Source: a virus. Taken from it: DNA of 64,000 nt. Below, one piece after another: positions 30,533 to 40,237 of this stretch. Position 1 is the first letter of the stretch. Each line of letters begins with the position of its first letter. Where the stretch lies: IMG/VR virus record IMGVR_UViG_3300008117_000001. One strand, 5' to 3'. The notes under the pieces are model-generated. The model saw nothing but the letters and a program-made list of their open reading frames with translations. It was not told the DNA's origin and made no database searches. A program made the position numbers and the translations under genes.

Positions 30533-31065
30533 GTAATAAGTTTGGAGTTTTGAATCTGCATAAGTAAATCTTCATTCTGCTGCTGAAGCTCGGAGCATTT
30601 AAGCTCTAAGGATTTAATGTAATCAATATAATACTGATTATCAGCAGAAGCATTAGAGAAGTTATCTATAACTTGATTAAGTATTTTAATATTATCTAAA
30701 TTAGAAGCATTGTCGATGGAATTAAATAGTTCTTCAGTAAATGGTATATGATGTATAAGAACTATTGAGCCAGAAGCTTCACGAATAACATTAAATATTT
30801 TTAAGTTGTTATAAAATCTTTTGTAAAGAACATTGGGCAAAAAGGGATGAACTGTTTTGCGATAAGATGTTTTAGAACAAGTATAAAGATAAAAAGAATA
30901 AGAAGACTGAGATACTTCATTAATAATAGATGAATGAAGAGAATAAGTCTCAGCATAGAGTTGAACATTATCTGATGTAAGTTTTATTGGATTACTTGAA
31001 AAAATAGATGATTCAAAGTAATTAGATAAATGAGTCAAATCATTAAAACGATGTATTACGGTCAT
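30523..31065 (-). CDS. Hypothetical protein
   Basis: 180 aa with a C-terminal coiled coil. Confidence 0.65.
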   Translation of the reverse strand: MTVIHRFNDLTHLSNYFESSIFSSNPIKLTSDNVQLYAETYSLHSSIINEVSQSSYSFYLYTCSKTSYRKTVHPFLPNVLYKRFYNNLKIFNVIREASGSIVLIHHIPFTEELFNSIDNASNLDNIKILNQVIDNFSNASADNQYYIDYIKSLELKCSELQQQNEDLLMQIQNSKLITWY

Positions 31066-31349
31066 GAGATTACCTCTATGGAGTATAGTTCAACTTTGCC
31101 AGTTTTTATGAACTCTTGAAGAGTAGTTGAAGCTACGTGCAAAGACGTTATTGTTGGATAAATAGACTTAGCTAAAGGATATATTTGACTAAGATAAGTT
31201 ATGTTTTGTAAGAGAAGTTTGGAATAACTATCTACAAACAATACGCAAGAAGAATCAGGCGTCTGAATTAGATAGCTTTTCTTCAGCCAAGTTGTTAACG
31301 GCTGAGGCAACTCTAGGATTTTCGTCAGCCAAGATTCCTTTTGATGCAT
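31062..31349 (-). CDS. Hypothetical protein
   Basis: 95-aa ORF. Confidence 0.5.
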   Translation of the reverse strand: MHQKESWLTKILELPQPLTTWLKKSYLIQTPDSSCVLFVDSYSKLLLQNITYLSQIYPLAKSIYPTITSLHVASTTLQEFIKTGKVELYSIEVIS

Positions 31350-31641
31350 TTTGCATTACCTCTAGCATTTGTTTGCGCGATTGCTGCAAAGTTTCATGAA
31401 AAGCTTTACGAGCTTCGTCAGTAGCAAAAGCAAGTTGCCCAACTAAAGCTTCAGTAAAAACTGCCTGCTCACCATAGCTAATAACAAGTGTAGCCACTTG
31501 CTTTTCAATGGATTCGACAGATGTTTCAAGAGTTTTGAGACGGTCTTCAACCTGAGCTGCTAGACCATTAATAATATCTTGAAAGAATTTTGTAAGAAAC
31601 TCAGCTGTTGTTTTATCAAGGTATTCGTTGTTGTCTGTCAT
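31255..31641 (-). CDS. Coiled-coil hypothetical protein
   Basis: 128-aa ORF. Confidence 0.7.
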   Translation of the reverse strand: MTDNNEYLDKTTAEFLTKFFQDIINGLAAQVEDRLKTLETSVESIEKQVATLVISYGEQAVFTEALVGQLAFATDEARKAFHETLQQSRKQMLEVMQNASKGILADENPRVASAVNNLAEEKLSNSDA

Positions 31642-32279
31642 ATTTCATACCAATCTTGATTATTAGTGACATAAGAAGTCAAGGATAAATCCATAAGATA
31701 TGAGATAGAACAAATATCTTGACGAGTTACCTTGATTTGATCTACAGATAAAGGAGATTTCATATCAGGAATAAAAGCACCGCTGTCACTCTTGCGGGCA
31801 GCAAAGTGCCCACACTTCCAAACAAATGAAGTGGAATCATAAGATTCGCTGGACTGCCAGTAATGTGCTTTAAATATTCTAGATATGGGCTTGCCATCGA
31901 TAACGGCGCCACCATAAGAAACAAAGCCTTCGTTAGTAGGAACGCCCATCTTTTCGTTTTGAGGATAATTGGTTACAGCATTTCCGGTAGTAATAGACTT
32001 AAGGTAAGCAGCGAAGTCTATAGCATCTACGAAAACAGCGGTGCTGCTAATAAGCTTACCTTCAGGAGAAGTTTTGCCAATATCAAGTTTCATTTTAAGA
32101 GCTTGATGCCATGGACGAATAGCTAGAAAACCAGACTGAGTTTTAGATCTAAACCACTTTTTGTATAGCTCTTGATTAAACTCTTTATTATCAGAGTTCT
32201 TAATGGTATCAGATGGTGAACCATCGTCATCAAGAGAGGATAAAAAATCCTCAACATTGCTGTAAACATTATCAGTCAT
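31638..32279 (-). CDS. Hypothetical protein
   Basis: 213 aa, AAGGAG RBS. Confidence 0.75.
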   Translation of the reverse strand: MTDNVYSNVEDFLSSLDDDGSPSDTIKNSDNKEFNQELYKKWFRSKTQSGFLAIRPWHQALKMKLDIGKTSPEGKLISSTAVFVDAIDFAAYLKSITTGNAVTNYPQNEKMGVPTNEGFVSYGGAVIDGKPISRIFKAHYWQSSESYDSTSFVWKCGHFAARKSDSGAFIPDMKSPLSVDQIKVTRQDICSISYLMDLSLTSYVTNNQDWYEI

Positions 32280-32291
32280 TGTTTCTCCTTT

Positions 32292-33896
32292 TTATTTCCA
32301 TGTCACTGATGCTGGTTGCTTTTGCGTTGAAGTCTTAGAGAGCATTAGTATAGCATCATCCATCTGTTCTGTGGATGCCCAATCCCACTGCTCAAGAGCA
32401 TATTTATACATAGATACAACTGTCTCATGGTGCTTCATCCAAATAATATTCTTCATCTTTGGAGCATAAGTAAGAATATCATTTGTTTCAATTGGGCGAA
32501 GGGAATCGGAAACAACATAAAACTTAGTCTCTCTAATCAAAGAAACTATCTCTGCACCAGTCATATACTGAGTGGATTGAGCAAGAGCGTCGTAATCATA
32601 AGAGTGATCGGTATCAATCTTAGAAAGATGTATCTGGAAGATGTGTTTGCGCTCCTCATAAGAAGGAAGACCAACAAACATAATCTTATCAAAGCGGTCG
32701 GCACGCAACATCTCTGGTCTCAAAGAATCAAGAGAGTTAGCTGCACAAAGAAGGAAAGTATCCTCTGGCAATTCCTGAAGACCAGTTAGGAACTCTCCAT
32801 GCACACGATCAGTGGTGCCACCATCAACATGGGAAGAGCTGGAGCCACCACTAAGATCTCGACCAAACTCGTCAATCCAAACGCACAAAGGAGACATAGC
32901 GCGAATCTGCTTAAAGACTGCACGCATGTTAGCCTCCGATTGGCCAATGAAAGAATTCATAACCTGACTGATACCAGTACGAGCAAGATCAAGATCAAGC
33001 TCTTTGGCGGTTGCCTGACAAATAGCAGACTTGCCAGTACCAGGAACGCCAACCATCAACAGTCTTCTAATTGGAGTGACGCCGAAAGAAGCAGTGCGCT
33101 GCTGGTCTTTGCGAAGAATGGCAGTACGGCGAATGATATCTTTAATATTATCAAGACCACCAATATCAGAAAAAGATATTGCAGGCTTAACTATTTCAAG
33201 AATACCATTCTTCTTTATATTTGCCATCTTGACGTCATAAATATACTTGGGATCAATTGTAGAGTTATTAACAACAGACATCAAGCAGAGATCAATAAAC
33301 TGCGACTCACATAGACCAATGCCAGCATTGACAACATCTTTTACAGAAACATTATTAAGAAGTCGATCATGAGAAGCGGTATTGATATGATTGACTATTG
33401 TTGCTAGCTCTTGAGGTGTTGGAATAGAATCCTCTAAAACATTGAAAAGATGGAGAAAATCCTCAGGGCACTCAAGAGAAGAAACGAAAATAAATTGAAG
33501 CGGCATAGCTGCAATATCATCAGACCAAAAAGCTGAACGGTAAGCAGACTTGAAGTGAGAAAGAATAGAAGAGTATGGAGAGATTGCATCTGCCGGAGAA
33601 GAAGCAATATTTACAATATAAGTAGAACGAGTAAGAGATTTCTCAGTAGTAAGATAGTGAAGAGCTATCTGAGGATCGAAAGTTACAATATGACTTTCTG
33701 AGCTCATCTCTGGATAAGTAGGATTTTCAACAAGAATAGGCTTCCATTTGCCATCAACAAATTTAGAAAAGCCATTGAGAAAATCTATAGTATAAAAATT
33801 TCGAGAAATAGTAGAAGTAATGATATCGGTAACCCTAGAAGGATCAGATGACTGAACCCAAAGGTTAGGATATCCGAGTTTAATTTTATCAAACAT
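32292..33896 (-). CDS. AAA+ ATPase (Ycf46/Cdc48-like single C-terminal AAA module)
   Basis: FSDIGGLDNIK, Walker A GVPGTGKS, Walker B VWIDE, SRH LRPEMLRADRFD. Confidence 0.9.
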   Translation of the reverse strand: MFDKIKLGYPNLWVQSSDPSRVTDIITSTISRNFYTIDFLNGFSKFVDGKWKPILVENPTYPEMSSESHIVTFDPQIALHYLTTEKSLTRSTYIVNIASSPADAISPYSSILSHFKSAYRSAFWSDDIAAMPLQFIFVSSLECPEDFLHLFNVLEDSIPTPQELATIVNHINTASHDRLLNNVSVKDVVNAGIGLCESQFIDLCLMSVVNNSTIDPKYIYDVKMANIKKNGILEIVKPAISFSDIGGLDNIKDIIRRTAILRKDQQRTASFGVTPIRRLLMVGVPGTGKSAICQATAKELDLDLARTGISQVMNSFIGQSEANMRAVFKQIRAMSPLCVWIDEFGRDLSGGSSSSHVDGGTTDRVHGEFLTGLQELPEDTFLLCAANSLDSLRPEMLRADRFDKIMFVGLPSYEERKHIFQIHLSKIDTDHSYDYDALAQSTQYMTGAEIVSLIRETKFYVVSDSLRPIETNDILTYAPKMKNIIWMKHHETVVSMYKYALEQWDWASTEQMDDAILMLSKTSTQKQPASVTWK

Positions 33897-33947
33897 TGTG
33901 GTATCACCGTAATACTAGTTGTAGGCTTTTCAAAAAATATAGGGGGT

Positions 33948-33983
33948 GGGGGGAGGGCACTCATAAAGAGTAACCCTCCCCCC
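33948..33983 (-). terminator. Intrinsic terminator-like hairpin downstream of the Ubl gene
   Basis: GGGGGGAGGG/CCCTCCCCCC 10-bp stem, with a T-run downstream on the - strand. Confidence 0.6.
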
Positions 33984-34022
33984 GCCGAACAGTGTTAAAA
34001 ACAACTGTTCGTAAGTGGGCAA

Positions 34023-34277
34023 TCAGCCCTTCTCGCCAGCACGACGATGGAACTCGACGTTCTGGCCAGGCTGGATTACCGCGTTCTCATCAAGCTTGTC
34101 CTTGCCACAGTAGGCAACAGCGTCAGTGGGGATGCCCCAGATCTTGCTGAACTGCTCACGGACTTCTTTAACGCTCTTGCCAGCAATGTTGCTAGGCTGG
34201 TTGTAAACACCATAACGGATGTTTGCCATTCCAGTGGAACGGTTTGGCTGAGCGCCGGAATTGTTGGAAGTTTCCAT
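34023..34277 (-). CDS. Ubiquitin-like (beta-grasp) modifier protein
   Basis: 84 aa; SVKEVREQFSKIWGIP...LDENAVIQPGQNVEFHRRAGEKG; ends in Gly like PRTRC-C/BubA-type Ubls; directly follows the E1. Confidence 0.8.
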   Translation of the reverse strand: METSNNSGAQPNRSTGMANIRYGVYNQPSNIAGKSVKEVREQFSKIWGIPTDAVAYCGKDKLDENAVIQPGQNVEFHRRAGEKG

Positions 34278-34299
34278 TGTGTATTATCTCCTATTTATA

Positions 34300-35064
34300 T
34301 TATGCGTTAACTGGTTGATTTAAAGATGAGTGCATTCTGTCGTATGGTTCAGACTTGCCAATACCAAGATCGAAGAAGATCTCTGTCTCTTCTGGACTCT
34401 GATTGGACACTATTGTTTTCTGAACTCTACCTAGAATAAACGATGCAACCGCCATGTTAGTGGCAAGAAGCTGGGTTCCACCTTCAATCTCAGAACGCTC
34501 TTGACAGCTAAGTTCACCAGGATTCTTATCCGGAGGATTATGATACTCTGGATGAAACTCAGCTGGATGGGCTGTTATCTCAACGCCATCGCGTTTCTGA
34601 TAATGATATATGGAACCGAAAAGAGCATCGTCATTACCGCCAGTGAAGACGTCAACGTTGTTCAACTTTGAAGCAGCGTCGAAAATAATTTTTCTTGCAG
34701 CAAAGTTGTCAACAACAGCAAAGACAACATCATTGTCTCTAATAAGATCACTTGCTTTGATCTTGGGACTTTCTTCGTCTGTAACGCCAGAAAAGTTATC
34801 GTCAACAACCCACTTAGCCACTGGAATTATAGTGGTCTTAGGAAACTGAGGAACTAGCTCAGTAGCTTTAACGACAGCTTTGTTACCAAGTTTAGTGAAG
34901 TCTTGACGCTCTTTATTTTTTTCCTCATAGGTATCGCCGTCAACAATAATAAGAGCAGATCCAGGGAACTTCCACTCAAGAAGACGAACGAGACCAGCAG
35001 CAAGCCATGTACCAATGCCGCCGGCTCCAACAAGAATAAAACGTTTAGAATCATTCGGATTCAT
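34300..35064 (-). CDS. ThiF/E1-like activating enzyme
   Basis: VGAGGIG, VDGDTYEEKNKERQ, GNKA, VVDNFAAR, candidate catalytic Cys in ELSCQE. Confidence 0.9.
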   Translation of the reverse strand: MNPNDSKRFILVGAGGIGTWLAAGLVRLLEWKFPGSALIIVDGDTYEEKNKERQDFTKLGNKAVVKATELVPQFPKTTIIPVAKWVVDDNFSGVTDEESPKIKASDLIRDNDVVFAVVDNFAARKIIFDAASKLNNVDVFTGGNDDALFGSIYHYQKRDGVEITAHPAEFHPEYHNPPDKNPGELSCQERSEIEGGTQLLATNMAVASFILGRVQKTIVSNQSPEETEIFFDLGIGKSEPYDRMHSSLNQPVNA

Positions 35065-36751
35065 ATATATCTCTTTCTGTAAAATATTCAGAATATAAAT
35101 TACACCCATCGGAAGTTATGGTATCAGCATAGTTTTCCGGCTCTTTGTCTTTGGGTGAAGATATAAAATTGATTATTGTAGATGAATATCTTGGGCACAT
35201 GGTTGTGTAATAATGTTCGCATTTATGGCATTCAGATTGCGAAGCATAAACGTCAAATTTGCCCATAAAATTATCAAAGTCAAAAGCATCCAAGCTAGTT
35301 ACTTGCACTTGACAGTAACAGTCGATGATTTTTTGATTACAACAAAGTGTAAGATTTTCATCTGAGAGAGATATGTCAGATGATTTCCACTGAGAATCAA
35401 GATAGGTGCTTATGAGATCTGGAGTCAGTCTAAGTAGCAAATAGTTGTTTTCAACATCTTTACCCAACATGTATAAAGCTACATCTTGAGAGATGTTTCT
35501 TTGACGGCAATATTCGGCAACATCGTAAACAACTTGATCTACTGGCGTGTCCGGCTCACATAAGGGAATATCACAAATAGCGCAGCAGTGGTCAACATAG
35601 ATAGAATTAATAGGGAGATACGAAAAGCAAGATGGGCAGGAGAATTTGCCTTTTTCAATAGTGGAGCTTGCTTCGCAGACAAGAATAGCTTGCTGTTCAT
35701 ATCCTATTGCTTCCTCTATAATATCAAGAATATGGGGTGAATAGTTAACAAAATTAGTTAACTGAGTGTTATTGGGTCCAGCCGCCGTAGTAGGCTGAGT
35801 AGGAATTTGGGTTTGTGGATGAGGCTGTCCAAGATTGGCCGTGCGAGTACCCCCCATATTGGGGGGGCTGACTTTTTTTACTTTATCAGTCCACCCTACA
35901 ACTTCGGGATCTGGAGCTCTTTCTATGGTATAGCCCTCAAAAACATCTTCTGGATCAAGCTTGTAAGCTTTACCGGCCATCTGCATTTCGATATAATACT
36001 GAGTTGCTCCATTGTTGACAGACTTCTGCCAACCAAATGTGATATGGATGCCATCGAAGTCAGCTTGGTCAGCATGATCAGTGCCTGAAGCGTAAGCGCT
36101 CATTCCTGGATGACTGTGAACTGAGCCAACGATAATAACATTGTCAGGCTTCACCTGAGCAATGCTGTCGGGATCATAATTACAGTGAACAGAAGTATTA
36201 ACTTGGTCAGGAACTAAGATTCCCCAACCATCAGAACCTTCTTTGTCCTGGTCAAAAGTAAGCATGACAATAGATTCAGTGCCATGCTGAGCATCGACCA
36301 ATCTAAAGAACTGATCAAGCTTTTCAATAAGCAAATGAGGAATGGGAGGCATATTATAAATAGCCTCTTCTTCAAGACTGATGAATTCGGCGCTTAGTTC
36401 TGGGCGAACAGCCGATACGGAACGACCAACAAAGTTGTTAACAACTCTATAGATCTGAGAAGATTTTACAATAACAGGAGGTGGCGCTATAGCAGCAGTT
36501 TTGTTAGTGTTATTGTAAGTGACAGTACCAGACTTAGGGGCAGATGTATTTGTTGGTTTAATTTCAGTTTCTTGGTTTGCAATCAAATAATAAATATTGA
36601 AACCAAAAGATTCAACACACTCACAAATATCATCTCTATCAGCGATAAAAGTAGGAAGACCATCGTTAGTGATCCAAAGAGGATTGAGATCTTCTAGAGT
36701 AAGATAGTCTTCTTCTTCCTGATCAAAAGGAAGAGTTTGCTGTTCGGACAT
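35051..36751 (-). CDS. JAB/MPN+ (JAMM) isopeptidase with a C-terminal Cys-rich region
   Basis: E...HSHPGMSAYASGTD is an exact H-x-H-x7-S-x2-D JAMM motif; several CxxC pairs follow. Confidence 0.9.
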   Translation of the reverse strand: MSEQQTLPFDQEEEDYLTLEDLNPLWITNDGLPTFIADRDDICECVESFGFNIYYLIANQETEIKPTNTSAPKSGTVTYNNTNKTAAIAPPPVIVKSSQIYRVVNNFVGRSVSAVRPELSAEFISLEEEAIYNMPPIPHLLIEKLDQFFRLVDAQHGTESIVMLTFDQDKEGSDGWGILVPDQVNTSVHCNYDPDSIAQVKPDNVIIVGSVHSHPGMSAYASGTDHADQADFDGIHITFGWQKSVNNGATQYYIEMQMAGKAYKLDPEDVFEGYTIERAPDPEVVGWTDKVKKVSPPNMGGTRTANLGQPHPQTQIPTQPTTAAGPNNTQLTNFVNYSPHILDIIEEAIGYEQQAILVCEASSTIEKGKFSCPSCFSYLPINSIYVDHCCAICDIPLCEPDTPVDQVVYDVAEYCRQRNISQDVALYMLGKDVENNYLLLRLTPDLISTYLDSQWKSSDISLSDENLTLCCNQKIIDCYCQVQVTSLDAFDFDNFMGKFDVYASQSECHKCEHYYTTMCPRYSSTIINFISSPKDKEPENYADTITSDGCNLYSEYFTERDIYESE

Positions 36752-36805
36752 TATTTCTCCTTAATATTAATATTTCTAGTTATTTGTATGTGTGTAATAA
36801 ATATA

Positions 36806-38194
36806 TTAAAAAGGTGATTCTTCAATAAATTGAGGAGAATCGGGCGATTGTTCAACTGGAAATTCAGGAGTGGAGCAGTTGAGACAATAGCCATCGTCAT
36901 TTAAAATAAATGAATCAAACATAGGATGAGTATGCCAAATGCCATTATCGCATTCACCGCAATACTTATATTGCAAAGAAGTAGCAACAGTTAATGATAT
37001 CCAACAATCAGACTTGTTCAAATACAGAATATCACCATAGTCAGGATGGTGGTAATTTTCTGTATTTATACAGTAGACATATTCTTCAAAGCAGCCGTCG
37101 CATATGAAAGCTGAATTATTTGTGGTATTGGGAGAGGAGTTATCGGAATAATACTCTTCACAACCATCGCACATCCAGCTATCGTCATCTTCTTCTTCTT
37201 CCTGAGAAAAGACAGGAGCGGCTATACTCTGATTAATTTTTACAGCTTCAGAGTTTGCGATAACATTGATAACAGGAGGTTGATTAGTAGAGGCATTGTA
37301 AGCCTGCTTGAACCAATCAAAAACTTTTTTGTCGGGCAAAGTGTAATCAGAACGAAGTATTTGATTAACAGGTTTTGGAATAGTTGTATCAGTATAGTAT
37401 GCCTGATAATTACCGGTTATAGCGTCTGCTACAGTCAAAGGTTGACCATTAGGATAGTGTTTATCCTGATTGTCTCGATCCTTAACTAAAACAGGTATCC
37501 ACAACTCTGGATCAAGAGTCCACTCATATCCATTGTCGGCAGAGTATGACTGCCACTCGGAAGGATCGTAAAGATAAGATGGCTTTTTATGAGAAGAGTA
37601 AAAACGAGGACCATCAGTCTCTGACATATTTTGATCGTTGTAAGCTTCGGTTCCAGAGCATCGGTCTAAAATTTTAGCGAGCTTTTCACCGAAAGGATAA
37701 GAAGATATGTCTTCGTTGTGATACAAGCAGATCCAGCCAACACCATTTCCGCGGTAACCCTTACAATTAATATTAGGAAGGTTTACGTGGTAAAGCGGAG
37801 CAGCGGGATAAGTTATGGGAACAGGAGAATAAAATGTTCTAGCTCCATAAATGTTGCCGTCCATAAGATCGGCAATAACAATTCTGTAGGGCTGAGCAAC
37901 GTAATACTTAACAGCAGAACGATCTCCTTCGTATTGGCCCCAGTTGATATAATACATGCCAGGCTTATGCTGATAAACAACTTGAGTATGATTTCCAGCA
38001 GAACGAAGGGCAAGTAAACCAGAACCATCAACAGGCATTAAGCCAGTGTCGACATAAGAATACGAAGAAAATGAAGTATAAAAAGATGTCATGTCTTTAT
38101 CGGTGACATGATCTAAACCAAAAGAGTTAACAGAAGAACGAAAAGTTAGATTTCCGTCTTCGGTGTTAACGAATGAATATTGAACGTTGCTCAT
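36806..38194 (-). CDS. Prokaryotic E2-like protein with C-terminal Zn fingers, paralogue 1
   Basis: YYVAQPYRIVI...APLYHVNLPNINCKG...VGWICLY; CDGC repeats; first gene of the JAB-E1-Ubl run. Confidence 0.65.
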   Translation of the reverse strand: MSNVQYSFVNTEDGNLTFRSSVNSFGLDHVTDKDMTSFYTSFSSYSYVDTGLMPVDGSGLLALRSAGNHTQVVYQHKPGMYYINWGQYEGDRSAVKYYVAQPYRIVIADLMDGNIYGARTFYSPVPITYPAAPLYHVNLPNINCKGYRGNGVGWICLYHNEDISSYPFGEKLAKILDRCSGTEAYNDQNMSETDGPRFYSSHKKPSYLYDPSEWQSYSADNGYEWTLDPELWIPVLVKDRDNQDKHYPNGQPLTVADAITGNYQAYYTDTTIPKPVNQILRSDYTLPDKKVFDWFKQAYNASTNQPPVINVIANSEAVKINQSIAAPVFSQEEEEDDDSWMCDGCEEYYSDNSSPNTTNNSAFICDGCFEEYVYCINTENYHHPDYGDILYLNKSDCWISLTVATSLQYKYCGECDNGIWHTHPMFDSFILNDDGYCLNCSTPEFPVEQSPDSPQFIEESPF

Positions 38195-38215
38195 TATAAA
38201 ATCCTTAAATATAGT

Positions 38216-38620
38216 TTATTCTTCTATTTCTTTGAAGATGCTGTCGATGCCTTCGTCAACGTCTTTAGAAAAATCACCAAAAGCCCAAGCAAACCAGTGG
38301 GGATCATCGTTAATTATTTTAACGACATTCAATTTAGTTTCGAGTTGATCATGGGCTTCGACTAGATCAGACAAACGAGAAAGTGCTTTGGAAAGTTTTT
38401 TAAGATCATTTTTATTTGCACCTAGCATAAGAATATTTCTTAGTACTGGAATGCCAGAAACGTAAAACTTTTCTGATTCAATTATGGCATTTATTCTTTC
38501 GTCCAAGGTATCATAAGAGTTTTGTATTTCAGCTTTAACCTTGTTTGCCATAGAAAAAGAAAAGTTGAAATTATCCATAGCGATTTTAGATGCGGGGGGC
38601 AAATTATCTGGGTGCGTCAC
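38216..38620 (-). CDS. Hypothetical protein
   Basis: 134-aa ORF. Confidence 0.65.
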   Translation of the reverse strand: MTHPDNLPPASKIAMDNFNFSFSMANKVKAEIQNSYDTLDERINAIIESEKFYVSGIPVLRNILMLGANKNDLKKLSKALSRLSDLVEAHDQLETKLNVVKIINDDPHWFAWAFGDFSKDVDEGIDSIFKEIEE

Positions 38621-38882
38621 GCTTAACTCCTTTGCTTAGCTTGCGTAAGATAATAAAATCTTTAACTTCAAGTATCGACCACCATACGGTAGCTGAACCT
38701 ATCGCTAGCTTTGTAAGAACTCTAGCCAAGTACTGTTCATCCATAGAAGAAGCGGAACCTGGCGTAAGTCCTTGAACATCAAAATAAGAATCTTCTAAAA
38801 GATCAGATATTTTGGTACGTAATTGTTCCTTCTTCTGTTGACGTTGTAAATTCATCTTTGATGTCTTCATTAAATTCCCCAA
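38604..38882 (-). CDS. Hypothetical protein
   Basis: 92-aa ORF. Confidence 0.5.
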   Translation of the reverse strand: MGNLMKTSKMNLQRQQKKEQLRTKISDLLEDSYFDVQGLTPGSASSMDEQYLARVLTKLAIGSATVWWSILEVKDFIILRKLSKGVKRDAPR

Positions 38883-39021
38883 AGTGTTGTGGTGTTACTG
38901 TCGTGAAAAAACTAGCTAGTATAATGTCAATCTGTTTTTCGGGGGTTTTATTCTTCAGTCTATTATTAAAAACTTTAGCAGATAAACCTGCTAAGACAAA
39001 TGGAAGAATTAAGAGGTGCAT
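38803..39021 (-). CDS. Hypothetical protein
   Basis: 72-aa ORF. Confidence 0.5.
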   Translation of the reverse strand: MHLLILPFVLAGLSAKVFNNRLKNKTPEKQIDIILASFFTTVTPQHFGEFNEDIKDEFTTSTEEGTITYQNI

Positions 39022-39470
39022 AATGCAATATTCCTTTTTGCGGAGCGGTATTTTGCGCCATCAGTTCCTACAAAATTCAATAAGAGTTCACTGACGGCAA
39101 GAACACCGAGACCGAGTGATGTTGTGAAGTTAAAAATAATATTTAAAAGGAATAATATAAAAGCAGTAAGTGAGCCTACAATAGGACCCGATAAAGCAAC
39201 TTTTAGTTTTGACTCATTGGATAAACCTGGAGCACGAATAAATGCTATAGCAAATAGTGGAAGAGGAATAAAAATTGGCAATGAAGCTTTTGAACCAAGT
39301 TTTCTGGCCATAAAATAATGAGATATTTCATGAGCAAAAAGAACTAGGAGAGCAAAGAAAACAAATGGACTATGTATAATAGAATAATTAACTGCAGCTA
39401 CCGCAGAAGCTGTAGCTATAGTCCAAGTTATCTTTGGTATTTTGGAAAAGAAAGCTTTTATTTTTTTCAT
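39009..39470 (-). CDS. Minimal site-2 protease (peptidase M50)-like membrane protein
   Basis: HEISH (HExxH) within a TM segment, VALSGP, and NFVGTDG resembling the NxxPxxxxDG motif. Confidence 0.75.
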   Translation of the reverse strand: MKKIKAFFSKIPKITWTIATASAVAAVNYSIIHSPFVFFALLVLFAHEISHYFMARKLGSKASLPIFIPLPLFAIAFIRAPGLSNESKLKVALSGPIVGSLTAFILFLLNIIFNFTTSLGLGVLAVSELLLNFVGTDGAKYRSAKRNIALCTS

Positions 39471-40237
39471 GTGTTAACCACGAGATCAAATGGAACATTA
39501 TAAATTTCTGAAAGATCTTTGAGTAAGCCTTCATTTGCCATAGCGGAAAATAGAAAAGCATAACTTTCAGAAACATAATCATTGTCAACCGGATCATTGA
39601 GCTGATCAAAGTATTTATCGCCATCTTGAATATGGCTATCGTCAAGCAAATACTCCTTTACGGGGAGATTAAGCTGCTTACCTAAATGCTTGTAGATAGC
39701 TCTATCAAGGTTTAGGCAAAACATAGAAATGTTTGCACTTGACAAATAAAAAGTTTGAACATGTTCTAAAGAATATTCTATCTTAAGAAGATCAAATAAT
39801 TCTTTAACGACATTCTCATCTGCGTCAGCATTAATAAAGACTTTGTTCATCATAGAAAGATAGCGAAGTCTTTGAATAATTAAGGCTTCCTTATGATTAA
39901 ACATTTGTATCTTAGCGAAATCACCATTAGTAAGAGTATTAAGAGTGATAGAAATAGCTTTGATATAGGAAGGAGTTTGTACCTTTTGATAATAAGCAGA
40001 TGTTGCTGCATGAAAACTAGCGGCAAGCTTTACTTTTTCTTCATCAATAGGAGAGTTCTCATCAGAAGAAATTTCATCAACAAGCTGCTTAGCAGAAGAA
40101 ATGAAGTCTTCTATAGTTTTATTTTTATTGGAGGAAGATGGCGAATAAGCTTCAGATTGAAGAGCAGCAGAAGAATCTTCTGCATCTACCTCTGGATCAT
40201 ATTCGAAGAGATCATCATCATTCTGGGAGTAGGTCAT
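39467..40237 (-). CDS. Acidic hypothetical protein
   Basis: Track ORF 39467-40333; probable start MTYSQND. Confidence 0.65.
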   Translation of the reverse strand: MTYSQNDDDLFEYDPEVDAEDSSAALQSEAYSPSSSNKNKTIEDFISSAKQLVDEISSDENSPIDEEKVKLAASFHAATSAYYQKVQTPSYIKAISITLNTLTNGDFAKIQMFNHKEALIIQRLRYLSMMNKVFINADADENVVKELFDLLKIEYSLEHVQTFYLSSANISMFCLNLDRAIYKHLGKQLNLPVKEYLLDDSHIQDGDKYFDQLNDPVDNDYVSESYAFLFSAMANEGLLKDLSEIYNVPFDLVVNT

